35,431 nucleotides of DNA, from IMG/VR virus record IMGVR_UViG_3300018065_000012; one strand, given 5' to 3'. Below, one piece after another: positions 16,234 through 25,554 of this stretch. A program made the translations under genes and the position numbers. Below the pieces are notes generated by a model. That model was not told the origin of the DNA. It saw nothing but the letters and a program-made list of their open reading frames with translations, and did not search any database. Every line of letters starts with the position of its first letter. Positions within the stretch are counted from its first letter, which is position 1. Source of the stretch: a virus (Duplodnaviria > Heunggongvirae > Uroviricota > Caudoviricetes).

Positions 16234-19200
16234 ATGGCGGTTGACCCTTACTATGAGATGGCGGTCTTTCGAGACGCGGATTTAGAGGCTCTCCGCGCAA
16301 ATCTTGTATCTGCGTATGGGTTCCAATGTCTCACTGCGGGAGTTACAAGATACGATTATATGCGGCGAAACCCGTTGAGTGATACGGGAAATGTTGCCAT
16401 TTCAAGCGATAGGCCAAGCAATTTTTCCGGCTACAGTTTAGATTTCAGCACTGACTATGTAAGCATTACGGATGCTGCTCAAGATGGTTTGGACATCACC
16501 GGCGCAATGACGATAAGTTGTTGGGCGAAGATGGACTCAAATACATCCAGCGCTTACATTGTTGGAAAGTATGATTCTGGTAGTAGCAATTGCAGTTATT
16601 TGCTTTACAAGAGGTACAGTGGCGGCACGTATACTTTCAGATTTTATGTATCGGTTGATGGAATAGGCGCAAACACCGTCTGGGTTGAATCAGCTTCAGT
16701 TTCAATAAATACATGGTATCATATCGTTTGTCGTTACATACCAAGCACGGAGATTTCGATTTTCGTGAATGGTACTGAATACGTAGAAACAACGGGCATT
16801 CCTGCTTCCTTGTACAATGGCAGTGCTGATTTCATAGTTGGCGCTGGGAAAAGTAGCGGCACTCCTACTGCATATTTTGATGGGCACGTTTTTGCGCTTT
16901 ACATTTGGAACACGGATTTGTCCGATACTTTGGTGGACAAGCTTTACACGAACCCAAACCCATTGATACGTCCTGATGTCCGGCAGATGTGGCTTTTTAG
17001 AGGCTTTTGGCTTGACAGTACGATCGAGGCGTATGCTGATTATCTCCAAGCTGGATGGAGAATGGAAGAGGGTGGTGGTCGGCGCACAGATAGTGGTGGT
17101 GGTTATCTTTACTTGGATGTTAAATCAGGAAGCGTTGGGCAGACGACGGGGAAAAAAGGCTATGCGGCTTTGTTCAATGGAGGTTCAGCAAACCATTTGT
17201 ATAAAGCTTCTACGGCGTATCTCAAATTTGCAACAGACCCATTCACATTTTCATTCTGGATAAAGGCTGCGCATCCCGGTGGGGCTTTGTGGATTGGCGG
17301 AACGTATGCGTCAGGAAACGGAGAATTCCTTTACCTTCTGAACACTGATGGAACGATACGTTTTCGGGTTTATACTGACGGTGTTTCATATGTTGAATTT
17401 ACTTCAACAGATGCGATTAAAGATGATGATTGGTCGCATGTCGTTCTTCGCTTTACGCCCAGTACAGAGATGGCAATTTTCATTGATGGCGAAAAAAGCA
17501 TATACACAACAAGTATCCCAGCTACAATTTTTTCTGGGACTGCCGATTTCACAATTGGTGGTTATAGCACCGCCGCTTCTTTGGTTGGTGCAATGGATGA
17601 ATTTTTTATTTGGAGAGCTGCTTTATCTGACGCTGCTTGTGAGGCTCTTTACAACGACGGCTCTGGCGTAAGCTTTGAAAGGCCATACCGTTTTGGTGAT
17701 GCTACAATTCAACAACATGACCAATATTTTGACCGTGGCTATAAATTGGACGTACAAAATGGTTGGCGGCATGACCCGATTAGTTACAATTTCTTGTATA
17801 GGGGAGCTGCCAACCTTGAACCGGGAAGCGCTGTTGGATTAGATGACTATGCTGTTCAAACAAACCGCACAGCAGGCAGTGTTCGTTTGTATCAACCGGG
17901 ATATTCTTATGCTGATGGTCAAAGCAAAGTAACTATATCATGTTGGTTCAAGCAAGATGAAATAGGTTATAATGGTCTTATCGTTGGTGATGTTGGCACT
18001 GGAACTGTAGAAAAATGTAGTGTTGGAATCGATTCTACAAACAAACTTCGAGTGCGCATTTATGATAACGCGCAAAGAAATTTTCAATCAGTAAGTACGC
18101 TTACGGATACCGCAAGTTACCATCATTTAGTCCTTGCGGTTGACACTGAAAACCAAACTGTAAAGGCTTGGATTGATAATACGCTTTGGATTGATGACAC
18201 GGGAACCCTTTCGGGAAGTTCAATCACTACAGATACCAATGAAGTTCTTGTCGGCAGTGGTTATTTTGTTGGCGGTTTCTACTACAAGACGCAAGAAATC
18301 GATGAAATCTATATTTGGCATGAGGCTTTCACAGCTACTGAAGTTTCGGCGCTTTACAATTCTGGCGTAGGCAAATTCATTTTGCGTTTTGAAGGGCAAC
18401 AAGAATCTCAACTATCCATTAGCAGGGATATAAAAACGTTTCACCTTTCGGCTTTGGACGCGGAACGGGATTGGGTGCGTGAACTTCGCGAGAGCCAATT
18501 AATCGCTGAGCGCGGGATTTACAGGACAATTGAATCGTATCTTATTTCAGAACGGGATTGGTTGCGTAGCCTTCGTGAAAGTCAATTAATTGCTGAACGT
18601 GACATCTTCAAATACGTAGAATCAGAAATAATTGCTGATCGGTATATTCGCGCTATGAAGACTTCTGAAAACATTTTTGAGAGAGAATACCTTGTGCTAC
18701 AACAGTCTTTATTGAATGCGGAACGGAACATTTACACTTGGCACTATTCCGATGTTGATTCTGACAGAGCATATCGTGTTTTCAAGCCTTCTGACCTTGA
18801 TATGCTTCGTAGTTGGCGACAATTTATTGAAGTTGGTTCTGGGCCGGGAGCGGGTTTTGCCCGTCATCATTTTACTGTTTATGGGGCAGACGTATACATT
18901 GACGGTGTTTGGAAAGGCTTCATCGATTTTGATGATGGCGAAGATACGCTTCCAAATATTCCGGTTCCTGATGGAGATCACACGGTTGAAATAAGAATGT
19001 CAAAGTGGTTTTGGCCTCAATGTAGAACGACAAAACGAAGTTATTTTACTGTAACTGGTGGAGAGCTACAACCAGCACAAGTAATTCCGGCTGTCGCAAA
19101 TCTGGCAGCGGAAATTGTTCGTGCAAATGTTGTGCTAACGTGGAATGCGGATTGGAACGACGAGTTTACAGAACCGAGCTTTACTGGTTTTGGATTGTGG

Positions 19201-19431
19201 ACAAGTCCCACAACTCCTGTGAACATTTCCGGCGCACCGCTGACAACAATTTCCTACAGCGGGACAGAAGCTTTGTATCAAACTTCATATTCAGGCGTAG
19301 CAGCGGATCATTATGCTGCAATCGCAGGATACTTAGGTTCAGAACGCGGGACGTCTCAAGAAGTTTTTGTTGATTTCTGGACCACTGCGCCAATTTCTCC
19401 TCTCAATCAGCGTTTGGATGAAATGGAATAA
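16234..19431 (+). CDS. Large fibre / receptor-binding-like protein with three LamG (concanavalin A-like lectin) domains and a coiled-coil repeat region.
   Basis: Three repeats carry the LamG signature (ISCWAKMD...FDGHVFALYIWN; FSFWIKAAHPGG...MDEFFIWR; ISCWFKQDE...IDEIYIWH). A tandem ERDW.R.LRESQLIAER peptide repeat follows. The ORF is 1065 aa. Confidence 0.7.
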   Translation: MAVDPYYEMAVFRDADLEALRANLVSAYGFQCLTAGVTRYDYMRRNPLSDTGNVAISSDRPSNFSGYSLDFSTDYVSITDAAQDGLDITGAMTISCWAKMDSNTSSAYIVGKYDSGSSNCSYLLYKRYSGGTYTFRFYVSVDGIGANTVWVESASVSINTWYHIVCRYIPSTEISIFVNGTEYVETTGIPASLYNGSADFIVGAGKSSGTPTAYFDGHVFALYIWNTDLSDTLVDKLYTNPNPLIRPDVRQMWLFRGFWLDSTIEAYADYLQAGWRMEEGGGRRTDSGGGYLYLDVKSGSVGQTTGKKGYAALFNGGSANHLYKASTAYLKFATDPFTFSFWIKAAHPGGALWIGGTYASGNGEFLYLLNTDGTIRFRVYTDGVSYVEFTSTDAIKDDDWSHVVLRFTPSTEMAIFIDGEKSIYTTSIPATIFSGTADFTIGGYSTAASLVGAMDEFFIWRAALSDAACEALYNDGSGVSFERPYRFGDATIQQHDQYFDRGYKLDVQNGWRHDPISYNFLYRGAANLEPGSAVGLDDYAVQTNRTAGSVRLYQPGYSYADGQSKVTISCWFKQDEIGYNGLIVGDVGTGTVEKCSVGIDSTNKLRVRIYDNAQRNFQSVSTLTDTASYHHLVLAVDTENQTVKAWIDNTLWIDDTGTLSGSSITTDTNEVLVGSGYFVGGFYYKTQEIDEIYIWHEAFTATEVSALYNSGVGKFILRFEGQQESQLSISRDIKTFHLSALDAERDWVRELRESQLIAERGIYRTIESYLISERDWLRSLRESQLIAERDIFKYVESEIIADRYIRAMKTSENIFEREYLVLQQSLLNAERNIYTWHYSDVDSDRAYRVFKPSDLDMLRSWRQFIEVGSGPGAGFARHHFTVYGADVYIDGVWKGFIDFDDGEDTLPNIPVPDGDHTVEIRMSKWFWPQCRTTKRSYFTVTGGELQPAQVIPAVANLAAEIVRANVVLTWNADWNDEFTEPSFTGFGLWTSPTTPVNISGAPLTTISYSGTEALYQTSYSGVAADHYAAIAGYLGSERGTSQEVFVDFWTTAPISPLNQRLDEME
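18463..18636 (+). repeat. Tandem 87-bp (29-aa) repeat, two units plus degenerate further copies, inside the fibre gene.
   Basis: GAACGGGATTGG(G/T)TGCGT...CAATTAAT(C/T)GCTGA(G/A)CG recurs at 18463 and 18550, encoding ERDWVRELRESQLIAERGIY and ERDWLRSLRESQLIAERDIF. Confidence 0.6.
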
Positions 19432-19455
19432 TTATGTTAAAAACTTCTTTCCCGA

Positions 19456-19464
19456 TTGTATAAT
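19456..19464 (+). promoter_or_regulatory. Extended -10 promoter TTGTATAAT.
   Basis: It sits in an intergenic gap 44 nt upstream of the ATG at 19509. Confidence 0.45.
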
Positions 19465-19508
19465 AAACTGTGAACAACAACCGTCAACTTAAAAGTGAGG
19501 TTGAAAAG

Positions 19509-20264
19509 ATGAAATTGCTTCCTGAAAAAGTTTCCTATCGTGCCGTAATTGAATTGGTTGTAATTTTAGGGTTGAGTTTTGCCGTTGTTTTGATGTATTT
19601 TGGGAGCAGCAAAGGCGTCGAGACGTTCAAAAAGAAAATCATCAAAGACGAAAAATTCATGACAGAAGAGGGCACTTTGTATCTTGTTTACGAAGCAAAG
19701 GTTGAAAAGAAAACAAAAACATTTCAGGTAATGTCTCCTCTTCGGGTTATACAAGTTACTCAAGAAGTGCCAGTCAAAGGCGATGAAAGAATCAAAGTTG
19801 TTGAGCGTACTCAAGAAGTACCAGTCAAAGGCGACGAAAGAATCAAAGTTGTTGATCGTGTAATTGAAAAACCTGTTAAAACTAAGATTCCAAAAGTGAG
19901 AAGTTCTGATTTTGGTTTGAATCCTGATGGAAAGCCAGCAGATACAAAGGATGTTAAAAGTTCGCTAAAGCGCATTGAACAGATAAAAATTTTCACAGTT
20001 GGGATGCTCAACTCAAGAGAAGATGGAAAACAGCAGGCAAAGGAAATTTTAGCATTGAACGAGAAAATTGTATTTCTTGCGGAAACTTCTGAAAATTTAG
20101 GGGAATTCAGAAGGGGACTTCCGCCAGTGCTTCCAAAATTGTTCAAAATCTTGATCGAGGGCTACCGCGATTCGATGAACACAAATGATGGGGTGCTTGA
20201 GTTTGTCGAAGGGGTAATGGCCGCTTGCGGAAAAGCACTGGAATCAACTCCCGAATTACAATAG
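19509..20264 (+). CDS. Membrane-anchored protein with an N-terminal TM helix and an internal tandem repeat.
   Basis: A GTGAGG RBS is present. The hydrophobic segment is AVIELVVILGLSFAVVLMYF. QEVPVKGDERIKVV is duplicated. The ORF-track start at 19470 is too close to the promoter. Confidence 0.5.
   Translation: MKLLPEKVSYRAVIELVVILGLSFAVVLMYFGSSKGVETFKKKIIKDEKFMTEEGTLYLVYEAKVEKKTKTFQVMSPLRVIQVTQEVPVKGDERIKVVERTQEVPVKGDERIKVVDRVIEKPVKTKIPKVRSSDFGLNPDGKPADTKDVKSSLKRIEQIKIFTVGMLNSREDGKQQAKEILALNEKIVFLAETSENLGEFRRGLPPVLPKLFKILIEGYRDSMNTNDGVLEFVEGVMAACGKALESTPELQ
19758..19859 (+). repeat. Two tandem 51-bp repeats at about 94% identity.
   Basis: ACTCAAGAAGT(G/A)CCAGTCAAAGGCGA(T/C)GAAAGAATCAAAGTTGTTGA(G/T)CGT occurs twice. 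Confidence 0.7.
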
Positions 20265-20300
20265 CAATTCTTTGTACCACACATAGTTGCGACTTAAACG

Positions 20301-20336
20301 TTATGCGCTCTCAAAAGGAGCGCATAAATTTTTTAT
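20301..20336 (+). terminator. Rho-independent terminator.
   Basis: TTATGCGCTC, loop TCAAAAG, GAGCGCATAA, followed by ATTTTTT. Confidence 0.7.
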
Positions 20337-20340
20337 ATTT

Positions 20341-20350
20341 TTGTATATAG
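20341..20350 (+). promoter_or_regulatory. Possible variant promoter TTGTATATAG.
   Basis: It resembles the recurring TTGTATAAT motif and lies just after a terminator. The -10 is degenerate. Confidence 0.3.
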
Positions 20351-20528
20351 TAGAGCGTTGTGTGTTGAACGCTTTGGGGTGGAAGGAGGAATATCGAGAG
20401 AGCGCAACGCGACTGGGAATCTCGGAGTCATAACGCAATTATGGCGCAAAGATTGCCCTGTTTCAAAGCACAATTATTTTATATTTGGCAGTTATGTAGA
20501 AGTCACCTTTGAAAAACAGGGCACAACT

Positions 20529-21080
20529 ATGTCAGAACGCACAGAAGAGTTTAATTCCCTTGATCGTAAGATTGGCGAACTTGTTGGGCTGTTTTCTTCG
20601 ATTCCTGATCAAATCAATCTCATTTTTGAGAAGCTTGATAAGGAGAAAGAAAATAGGACTGAACAAGATCAAGCCCTTTTGCTTGAGTTGCGCTCCGCTG
20701 CTGAAGAATTGAAACGCATTCTTGAACGGGTCTCTGAACTTGAAACAAGAACAAAAGAAATCAGATGCGACGAACATCTAAAAGCAATCGACAAATTGAA
20801 AAAAGATGTGTCTGTGACGGCGAGTGTTGCAAAAGACCTTATACGCATTTTGGAAATAAAAAACGGACGGTCAAAATGGGTTGACGAAATTGACAAATCA
20901 ATCAAAGGCAATTATCAAGACTTGTCTCAAAAAATTGGAAGGCTCAAAACGAAAGTTGAGGAATTATCGAAAACAAGAAAAGACATCAAGACCATATTCA
21001 AATGGATAGGGGAGAAGGTTGCAACTATCGCAATCACCCTTTTAATCGCATGGCTGGCTCTTAAATTCGGGGTCAAGTAA
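20529..21080 (+). CDS. Coiled-coil protein with a C-terminal transmembrane anchor.
   Basis: Heptad-rich sequence (ELKRILERVSELETRTKEI...) precedes the C-terminal IAITLLIAWLALKFGV. The start is uncertain; the ORF is open back to 20358. Confidence 0.45.
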   Translation: MSERTEEFNSLDRKIGELVGLFSSIPDQINLIFEKLDKEKENRTEQDQALLLELRSAAEELKRILERVSELETRTKEIRCDEHLKAIDKLKKDVSVTASVAKDLIRILEIKNGRSKWVDEIDKSIKGNYQDLSQKIGRLKTKVEELSKTRKDIKTIFKWIGEKVATIAITLLIAWLALKFGVK

Positions 21081-21521
21081 ATGTGCAAAGCGTTTCTAAT
21101 AGGCGAATTTGAAAAGGGGACTCGCGAGGTTTTCCGGAACGAGCAACTGATCGAATGCAAAACGGGGTTAGAAGCGAGTCACTTGATAAAAGGTTTCCGG
21201 CCTGACTTGCTTGTTATCAAGGATGAATTGTCCGATGGTATTGCTACGAAGTTTGTTCGCGCTTGGCAGAGTGAAAGAAAATTGAATCGCGAAATAACCA
21301 AGGTTGTAATCTTGGGAACAGATATTGAAGAATCTCCCGAAATCAATGCCCTCGCTTTATCTGACGAAAGCGAAAGGGTTGAGATGCTGGAAAAGATTTT
21401 GGAAGAAATTAAGCGGCCACCTACGGATTCTGGAATAATGTATTTTATTAACAAGCTGGACGCTGTAAAAGTTCATCTTCAACGTACGAATGAGGAATTA
21501 CAAAAAGGACTTGAAAGTTAA
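21081..21521 (+). CDS. Receiver (REC/CheY-like) domain protein, possibly degenerate.
   Basis: KAFLIGEF...RPDLLVIKDELSDGIATKFVR...KVVILGTD resembles the beta-alpha REC pattern (DLvllDi.mp.mdG). Confidence 0.35.
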   Translation: MCKAFLIGEFEKGTREVFRNEQLIECKTGLEASHLIKGFRPDLLVIKDELSDGIATKFVRAWQSERKLNREITKVVILGTDIEESPEINALALSDESERVEMLEKILEEIKRPPTDSGIMYFINKLDAVKVHLQRTNEELQKGLES

Positions 21522-21532
21522 GGAGGGATACG

Positions 21533-21892
21533 ATGTCAGGAAAGTGGCAATATAGCCGTTGGGTTTGGAATATCGCACGATCGATGTTGACCAATCCCCC
21601 GTCAGCATCTGAAGTGGCTGCTACAGAAACATACATCAAAGTCTTTTGGGACGCTGGCGCACAAACAGGAACTCGTACATGGTTGAAAACGCCTTTCAAC
21701 AAGAAGGCTGTTTGGCAACCATCTGATTACATTGGTGATACTGATGTTGAACCAAGCCATGTTGATGTAGAAATGCTTGCCGTCGTTGCTCGTGATTTGA
21801 AGAAACATACACAATTCACTTCTACTGAACAAACTGCTTGTGACACGTTGATTTCAGCGACTGGAAATCGTCGCTATGGAGAAAACGTTTAA
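21533..21892 (+). CDS. Hypothetical protein (119 aa).
   Basis: A strong AGGAGGG RBS is present. Confidence 0.45.
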   Translation: MSGKWQYSRWVWNIARSMLTNPPSASEVAATETYIKVFWDAGAQTGTRTWLKTPFNKKAVWQPSDYIGDTDVEPSHVDVEMLAVVARDLKKHTQFTSTEQTACDTLISATGNRRYGENV

Positions 21893-21944
21893 TCAAGGTT
21901 TTGTTGCCTTGGCAGATAGATGAACATGATATAGGAGAGTTGAA

Positions 21945-22670
21945 ATGGCTAAGAAACAGACTGAAAAATGGGTTATGAAGCGTGGTATGCATCTTGGTTT
22001 CATAAAGCATACCGTCAAGATGGGAACGGTCGTTGAGCATCTTCCCGAAGAAGGGAAGCTGCGTATTGACGGGTTGTTGTTTGAAAGTACGAAGGATTTA
22101 CAGATTTTGATAAACAACAAGTGGGTAGAACCTTTCTCGAAGAAAGCAGCTCAAGTGCTTTCTCAAAAAGGTTCAGTGAAGGAGGAGGAAAGGGAACAGC
22201 GTATTGCAGGAATGAAAGAGACTCCAAAAGAAATGCCTGTTGTTCAATCGGATGCGGATGATCATGAAACTATCGACATCAGGCATACGATCAAACAGAA
22301 ACCAGAACCGCGAAAAAAAGACGATTCGATGAAAGTGATTCGCGGCGACGAAACAGCGGAAGAGCGGATTGCAAGGCTTCAAAGCGAAAAGACGCCTATG
22401 CCTATCGTCCAAGATGATAGTCTTGGATCAAGTGGCGTAAGTTTGAACGCCGGACAGGTTCAAACCAGAACCGCTGAAGACCATGAAAAACTTCGACAAG
22501 AAGGAAAAGAGAAAGCAGAAAAAGGTTTCACGGATAAACGCTTAAAAGGAGACAAAGCGTCTGAAGCAAAGCCCCGGAAGAAAGCAAAGAAAACGCGGAA
22601 GAAAGCAAGGAAGAAAAGCGAATTGTCAAGTTCAAAGAAACTCAAGAAACTTCCGCCAGTAAGCTTTTGA
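21945..22670 (+). CDS. Hypothetical protein with a Lys/Arg-rich C-terminal tail.
   Basis: A GGAGAG RBS is present. The C-terminus is PRKKAKKTRKKARKK. Confidence 0.5.
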   Translation: MAKKQTEKWVMKRGMHLGFIKHTVKMGTVVEHLPEEGKLRIDGLLFESTKDLQILINNKWVEPFSKKAAQVLSQKGSVKEEEREQRIAGMKETPKEMPVVQSDADDHETIDIRHTIKQKPEPRKKDDSMKVIRGDETAEERIARLQSEKTPMPIVQDDSLGSSGVSLNAGQVQTRTAEDHEKLRQEGKEKAEKGFTDKRLKGDKASEAKPRKKAKKTRKKARKKSELSSSKKLKKLPPVSF

Positions 22671-22681
22671 AAGGGTGAGTA

Positions 22682-22969
22682 ATGATTTTTCAATATCGTT
22701 GTGATAATTGCAATAAAATCGTTGAACGCGATTTTCGCATCGGCAAAGCAAAAAAGACCGTAAAGTGTGACACCTGTGAAAATGATTGTAAGCGCCATTA
22801 TGGGAAAGTTGACTTTGTTTTGAAAGGTTCGTGGGGCGGTTGGCCAAGTAAGAGTAAAAAGTTGAACCGCGAGATGACCAAGAAAAACAAAGACGCTGAG
22901 CGCCGGATGTGGAAAGAGCGCGGTGGCACGGAAGCAAGCGCAAACCCATTAATTGCGCAGGATCAATAG
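22682..22969 (+). CDS. FmdB-like zinc-ribbon protein.
   Basis: MIFQYRCDNCNK...VKCDTCEND fits the FmdB family (Y.Y.C..C...CxxC). Confidence 0.45.
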   Translation: MIFQYRCDNCNKIVERDFRIGKAKKTVKCDTCENDCKRHYGKVDFVLKGSWGGWPSKSKKLNREMTKKNKDAERRMWKERGGTEASANPLIAQDQ

Positions 22970-22981
22970 GAGTTTGTCATT

Positions 22982-23242
22982 ATGGATGAAAAAGAAAAGT
23001 TCATAATGTATCGCACCAGTGATATTTATTTTGCAAGCTTCCTTTGTGCGATTGATATATTCCTTGAATCAACAGTTAACGAAAAGAATGAAGCAGGTGG
23101 GAAAAAGGTGATCTTTGTTTTCAAAGTTCCGAAGAAGGATTTGGAACGATTGAAAGCAGGATTTTTTGGCGGCACTGCAACCGTGAAAGTTTCCAGATAC
23201 GTTCAAGCGATACGAAACCTCAAAAGCATGTGTTTCGTGTAG
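22982..23242 (+). CDS. Hypothetical protein (86 aa).
   Basis: An AGGAG RBS is present. Confidence 0.4.
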   Translation: MDEKEKFIMYRTSDIYFASFLCAIDIFLESTVNEKNEAGGKKVIFVFKVPKKDLERLKAGFFGGTATVKVSRYVQAIRNLKSMCFV

Positions 23243-23266
23243 TAATTGCTTATCATAAAGAGGGTT

Positions 23267-23917
23267 ATGACTAAAATCTGTTCTCACTGCAAAGTTTTGA
23301 AATCCATTGACTGCTTTGGGAAGAACAAAGGCTACAAAGATGGAATTCATGGTTGGTGTAAAGAATGTGCAAGGAAAAACAGAAAAGAGTCATACAAGCG
23401 AAATATAGAAAGTGAAAAGCAAAAGGCACTTGCGCTTCACCATAAACGTCAACAAAATGAACCTGAATATCGAGAACGTAGAAAAGCTTATCAAAAGGAG
23501 TACAATCAAGACTATATGAAGCGTCCTGAGACTCGCAAGAAGATGAGACGGTGGCATCAGAATTATATGAGTAATCACCGCAACAGAATCTCAAGACGCA
23601 TCAGTTTTCAAATTTGGTTTTCATTACGAGATAAGCTGGATAAAACAAATAGAAAGAATCGTCGTCATTGGGAAGATTTGGTAGACTTTAGCCTCGATCA
23701 ATTGGTAGCTCACTTAGAATCGCAATTTCATGGTGGGATGACTTGGGATAATTACGGCGGTGATATGGGTTGGCAAATTGATCATAAAACGCCTCGCACG
23801 TGGTTTGAGTTTGAATCGGAGAAAGATGAAGGATTCAAACAATGTTGGAAGCTGAAAAATTTACAACCAATGTGGTTGTCAGATAATGCTTCCAAAGGAA
23901 ACAGGCGTGCTGGTTAG
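23267..23917 (+). CDS. HNH endonuclease with an N-terminal Cys4 zinc-binding region.
   Basis: An AGAGGG RBS is present. The N-terminus has CSHC...WCKEC. The C-terminus QIDHKTPRTW...NLQPMWLSDNASKGN is an HNH motif (DH..P...N......N..K). Confidence 0.6.
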   Translation: MTKICSHCKVLKSIDCFGKNKGYKDGIHGWCKECARKNRKESYKRNIESEKQKALALHHKRQQNEPEYRERRKAYQKEYNQDYMKRPETRKKMRRWHQNYMSNHRNRISRRISFQIWFSLRDKLDKTNRKNRRHWEDLVDFSLDQLVAHLESQFHGGMTWDNYGGDMGWQIDHKTPRTWFEFESEKDEGFKQCWKLKNLQPMWLSDNASKGNRRAG

Positions 23918-23948
23918 CGTGTGTTTTGTATGATAAAGGGAAGAAATA

Positions 23949-24368
23949 ATGGACAAGCGCAAAGTAGCTGCTGAGTTGGTAAAGGTAGCCAGATTGCTAA
24001 CGGGTCAGGATAAGAAGGAAAAGGCTCAAGAACTGGCAACAGCACTCAAGCGTGTCAGGGGAATCAAAAACGGACAAGTTGATGATTTCTCAGGCAGCGA
24101 GTTTGTTCTGTTCGCAAATGGTGATGCTTCCAAATCTTCCAAAGGCGCACAGAAGAAGGCGTTTAATTGGGATGTTGCACCAAGGAAAGTGGCGGATGAA
24201 ATCAAGAAGCTGATTAAGAAGACAGACGGTGTGATGTTAAATTGGATGGATACGCCGAAGGCTGTTTATGAAGAGCAAGCAAAAGACCCACGGACGGGAA
24301 AGCGTGAGCGTTTGAATATTGGCTTTGACAATGACTATATCAAGTTCGAGGTCTACGTTTCAGGTTAA
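23949..24368 (+). CDS. Small protein with an N-terminal MDKRKVAAELVKVARLL motif.
   Basis: An RBS is present. The first 32 nt are identical to the start of the next gene. Confidence 0.5.
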   Translation: MDKRKVAAELVKVARLLTGQDKKEKAQELATALKRVRGIKNGQVDDFSGSEFVLFANGDASKSSKGAQKKAFNWDVAPRKVADEIKKLIKKTDGVMLNWMDTPKAVYEEQAKDPRTGKRERLNIGFDNDYIKFEVYVSG

Positions 24369-24378
24369 GGGGAATACA

Positions 24379-24726
24379 ATGGACAAGCGCAAAGTAGCTG
24401 CTGAGTTGGTGAAGATTGCTAAACGTCTGACTGCGGCAAGAATGAAAATAAAGCCAGAGGATTATAAGATACTGAAAAGTTTTCTTGATAAGGCAGTGAG
24501 AAAGATTGGTAAGGACAAGCTTGCAGAATATAAAGAGAAACTGAAAACAAACCCGAAAGTACGTGATGCGGATATGCGTTTTCGTTGGGACTTGCTTCAT
24601 GCTTCTCGTATTAAGATTGGCGATGGAAAAGGAATGAGGGGCGATGTTGAATTATACGGTTACATGAATGACAATCAGATCGATACGGCACTGAAAACAT
24701 ACATCAAATCAAAGAAATTGGATTGA
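24379..24726 (+). CDS. Small protein, tandem paralog at its N-terminus (MDKRKVAAELVKIAKRL).
   Basis: An AAGGGGAA RBS is present. The ATG at 24379 falls inside a longer ORF-track ORF. Confidence 0.5.
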   Translation: MDKRKVAAELVKIAKRLTAARMKIKPEDYKILKSFLDKAVRKIGKDKLAEYKEKLKTNPKVRDADMRFRWDLLHASRIKIGDGKGMRGDVELYGYMNDNQIDTALKTYIKSKKLD

Positions 24727-24741
24727 CTAAGGAAGTGACAT

Positions 24742-25497
24742 ATGGCAGTATTTCCCGGCTCGTATGTTCCAATTGGCGCATCTTCCAATGCGCGCGTTAA
24801 TGAAATTGTCGACAACATGTTGACCCCACATTTGTTGAACTTTCGGCAAATTAGCGTTTACGACGAACAAGCAAAGCGAGTGTCGGCAACTGTTTTCAAA
24901 CTAACGTATCCGAATTGGAATGATGCGTTTTCTGTCGTTGTTCATCTGAATGAACTTCAAATAGTAACACCCGCAAGCATCGACTATATCTTAGGAACAG
25001 TTACGCTTGCGGCTGCTACAACGGATCTGGATAGGGTCACTGTAACTTACAACATTGATTGGTTTCCTGTTGGTGTGCTTGCTGGGTTCATTTATCAAGC
25101 TATTGATGTGATTAACAACTCCGGCGTATCATCTGCTACGAATTACACAATTGCAGATGCGCCTCAGAATTGGGATGGTGTAATTACCGATCTTGTTGTT
25201 GCAATGTGTATGGAAAAGCTTTTGCTTGACTATGACCTTTGGTATGGTCGGGTCATCTTTGCAATTGGAGCAAATGAGCTTAACGAAGGTGGCGGAGATG
25301 TTGTTGGCGCGATTGAGACGATCAAGGGCAACGCCGATGAACGTGCAAAGACAGCTTTGGATAATGAGAAATTCAAGATCGGAAATTTGCTTGCTCCGCC
25401 AACGCAAACATACTATGCGGCAGTACGTGGAATAGGAAGAACAGGAGCGCACAATTACGGCAAGTTGCGGGGATGGAAGTCGAACAAATACCTCTGA
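24742..25497 (+). CDS. Hypothetical protein, possibly structural (251 aa).
   Basis: An AAGGAAG RBS is present. Confidence 0.5.
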   Translation: MAVFPGSYVPIGASSNARVNEIVDNMLTPHLLNFRQISVYDEQAKRVSATVFKLTYPNWNDAFSVVVHLNELQIVTPASIDYILGTVTLAAATTDLDRVTVTYNIDWFPVGVLAGFIYQAIDVINNSGVSSATNYTIADAPQNWDGVITDLVVAMCMEKLLLDYDLWYGRVIFAIGANELNEGGGDVVGAIETIKGNADERAKTALDNEKFKIGNLLAPPTQTYYAAVRGIGRTGAHNYGKLRGWKSNKYL

Positions 25498-25554
25498 TTG
25501 AGAATTACCGTTTGACGAGATGATGAAATTACTCAGTGTTTAAGGAGAAAAAAA

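Noticed and set aside
20358-20528. A longer start for the coiled-coil gene (ORF track M at 20358).
   Set aside because: It would begin within about 10 nt of the putative promoter and terminator region. The ATG at 20529 gives a compact coiled-coil protein, but the start remains uncertain.
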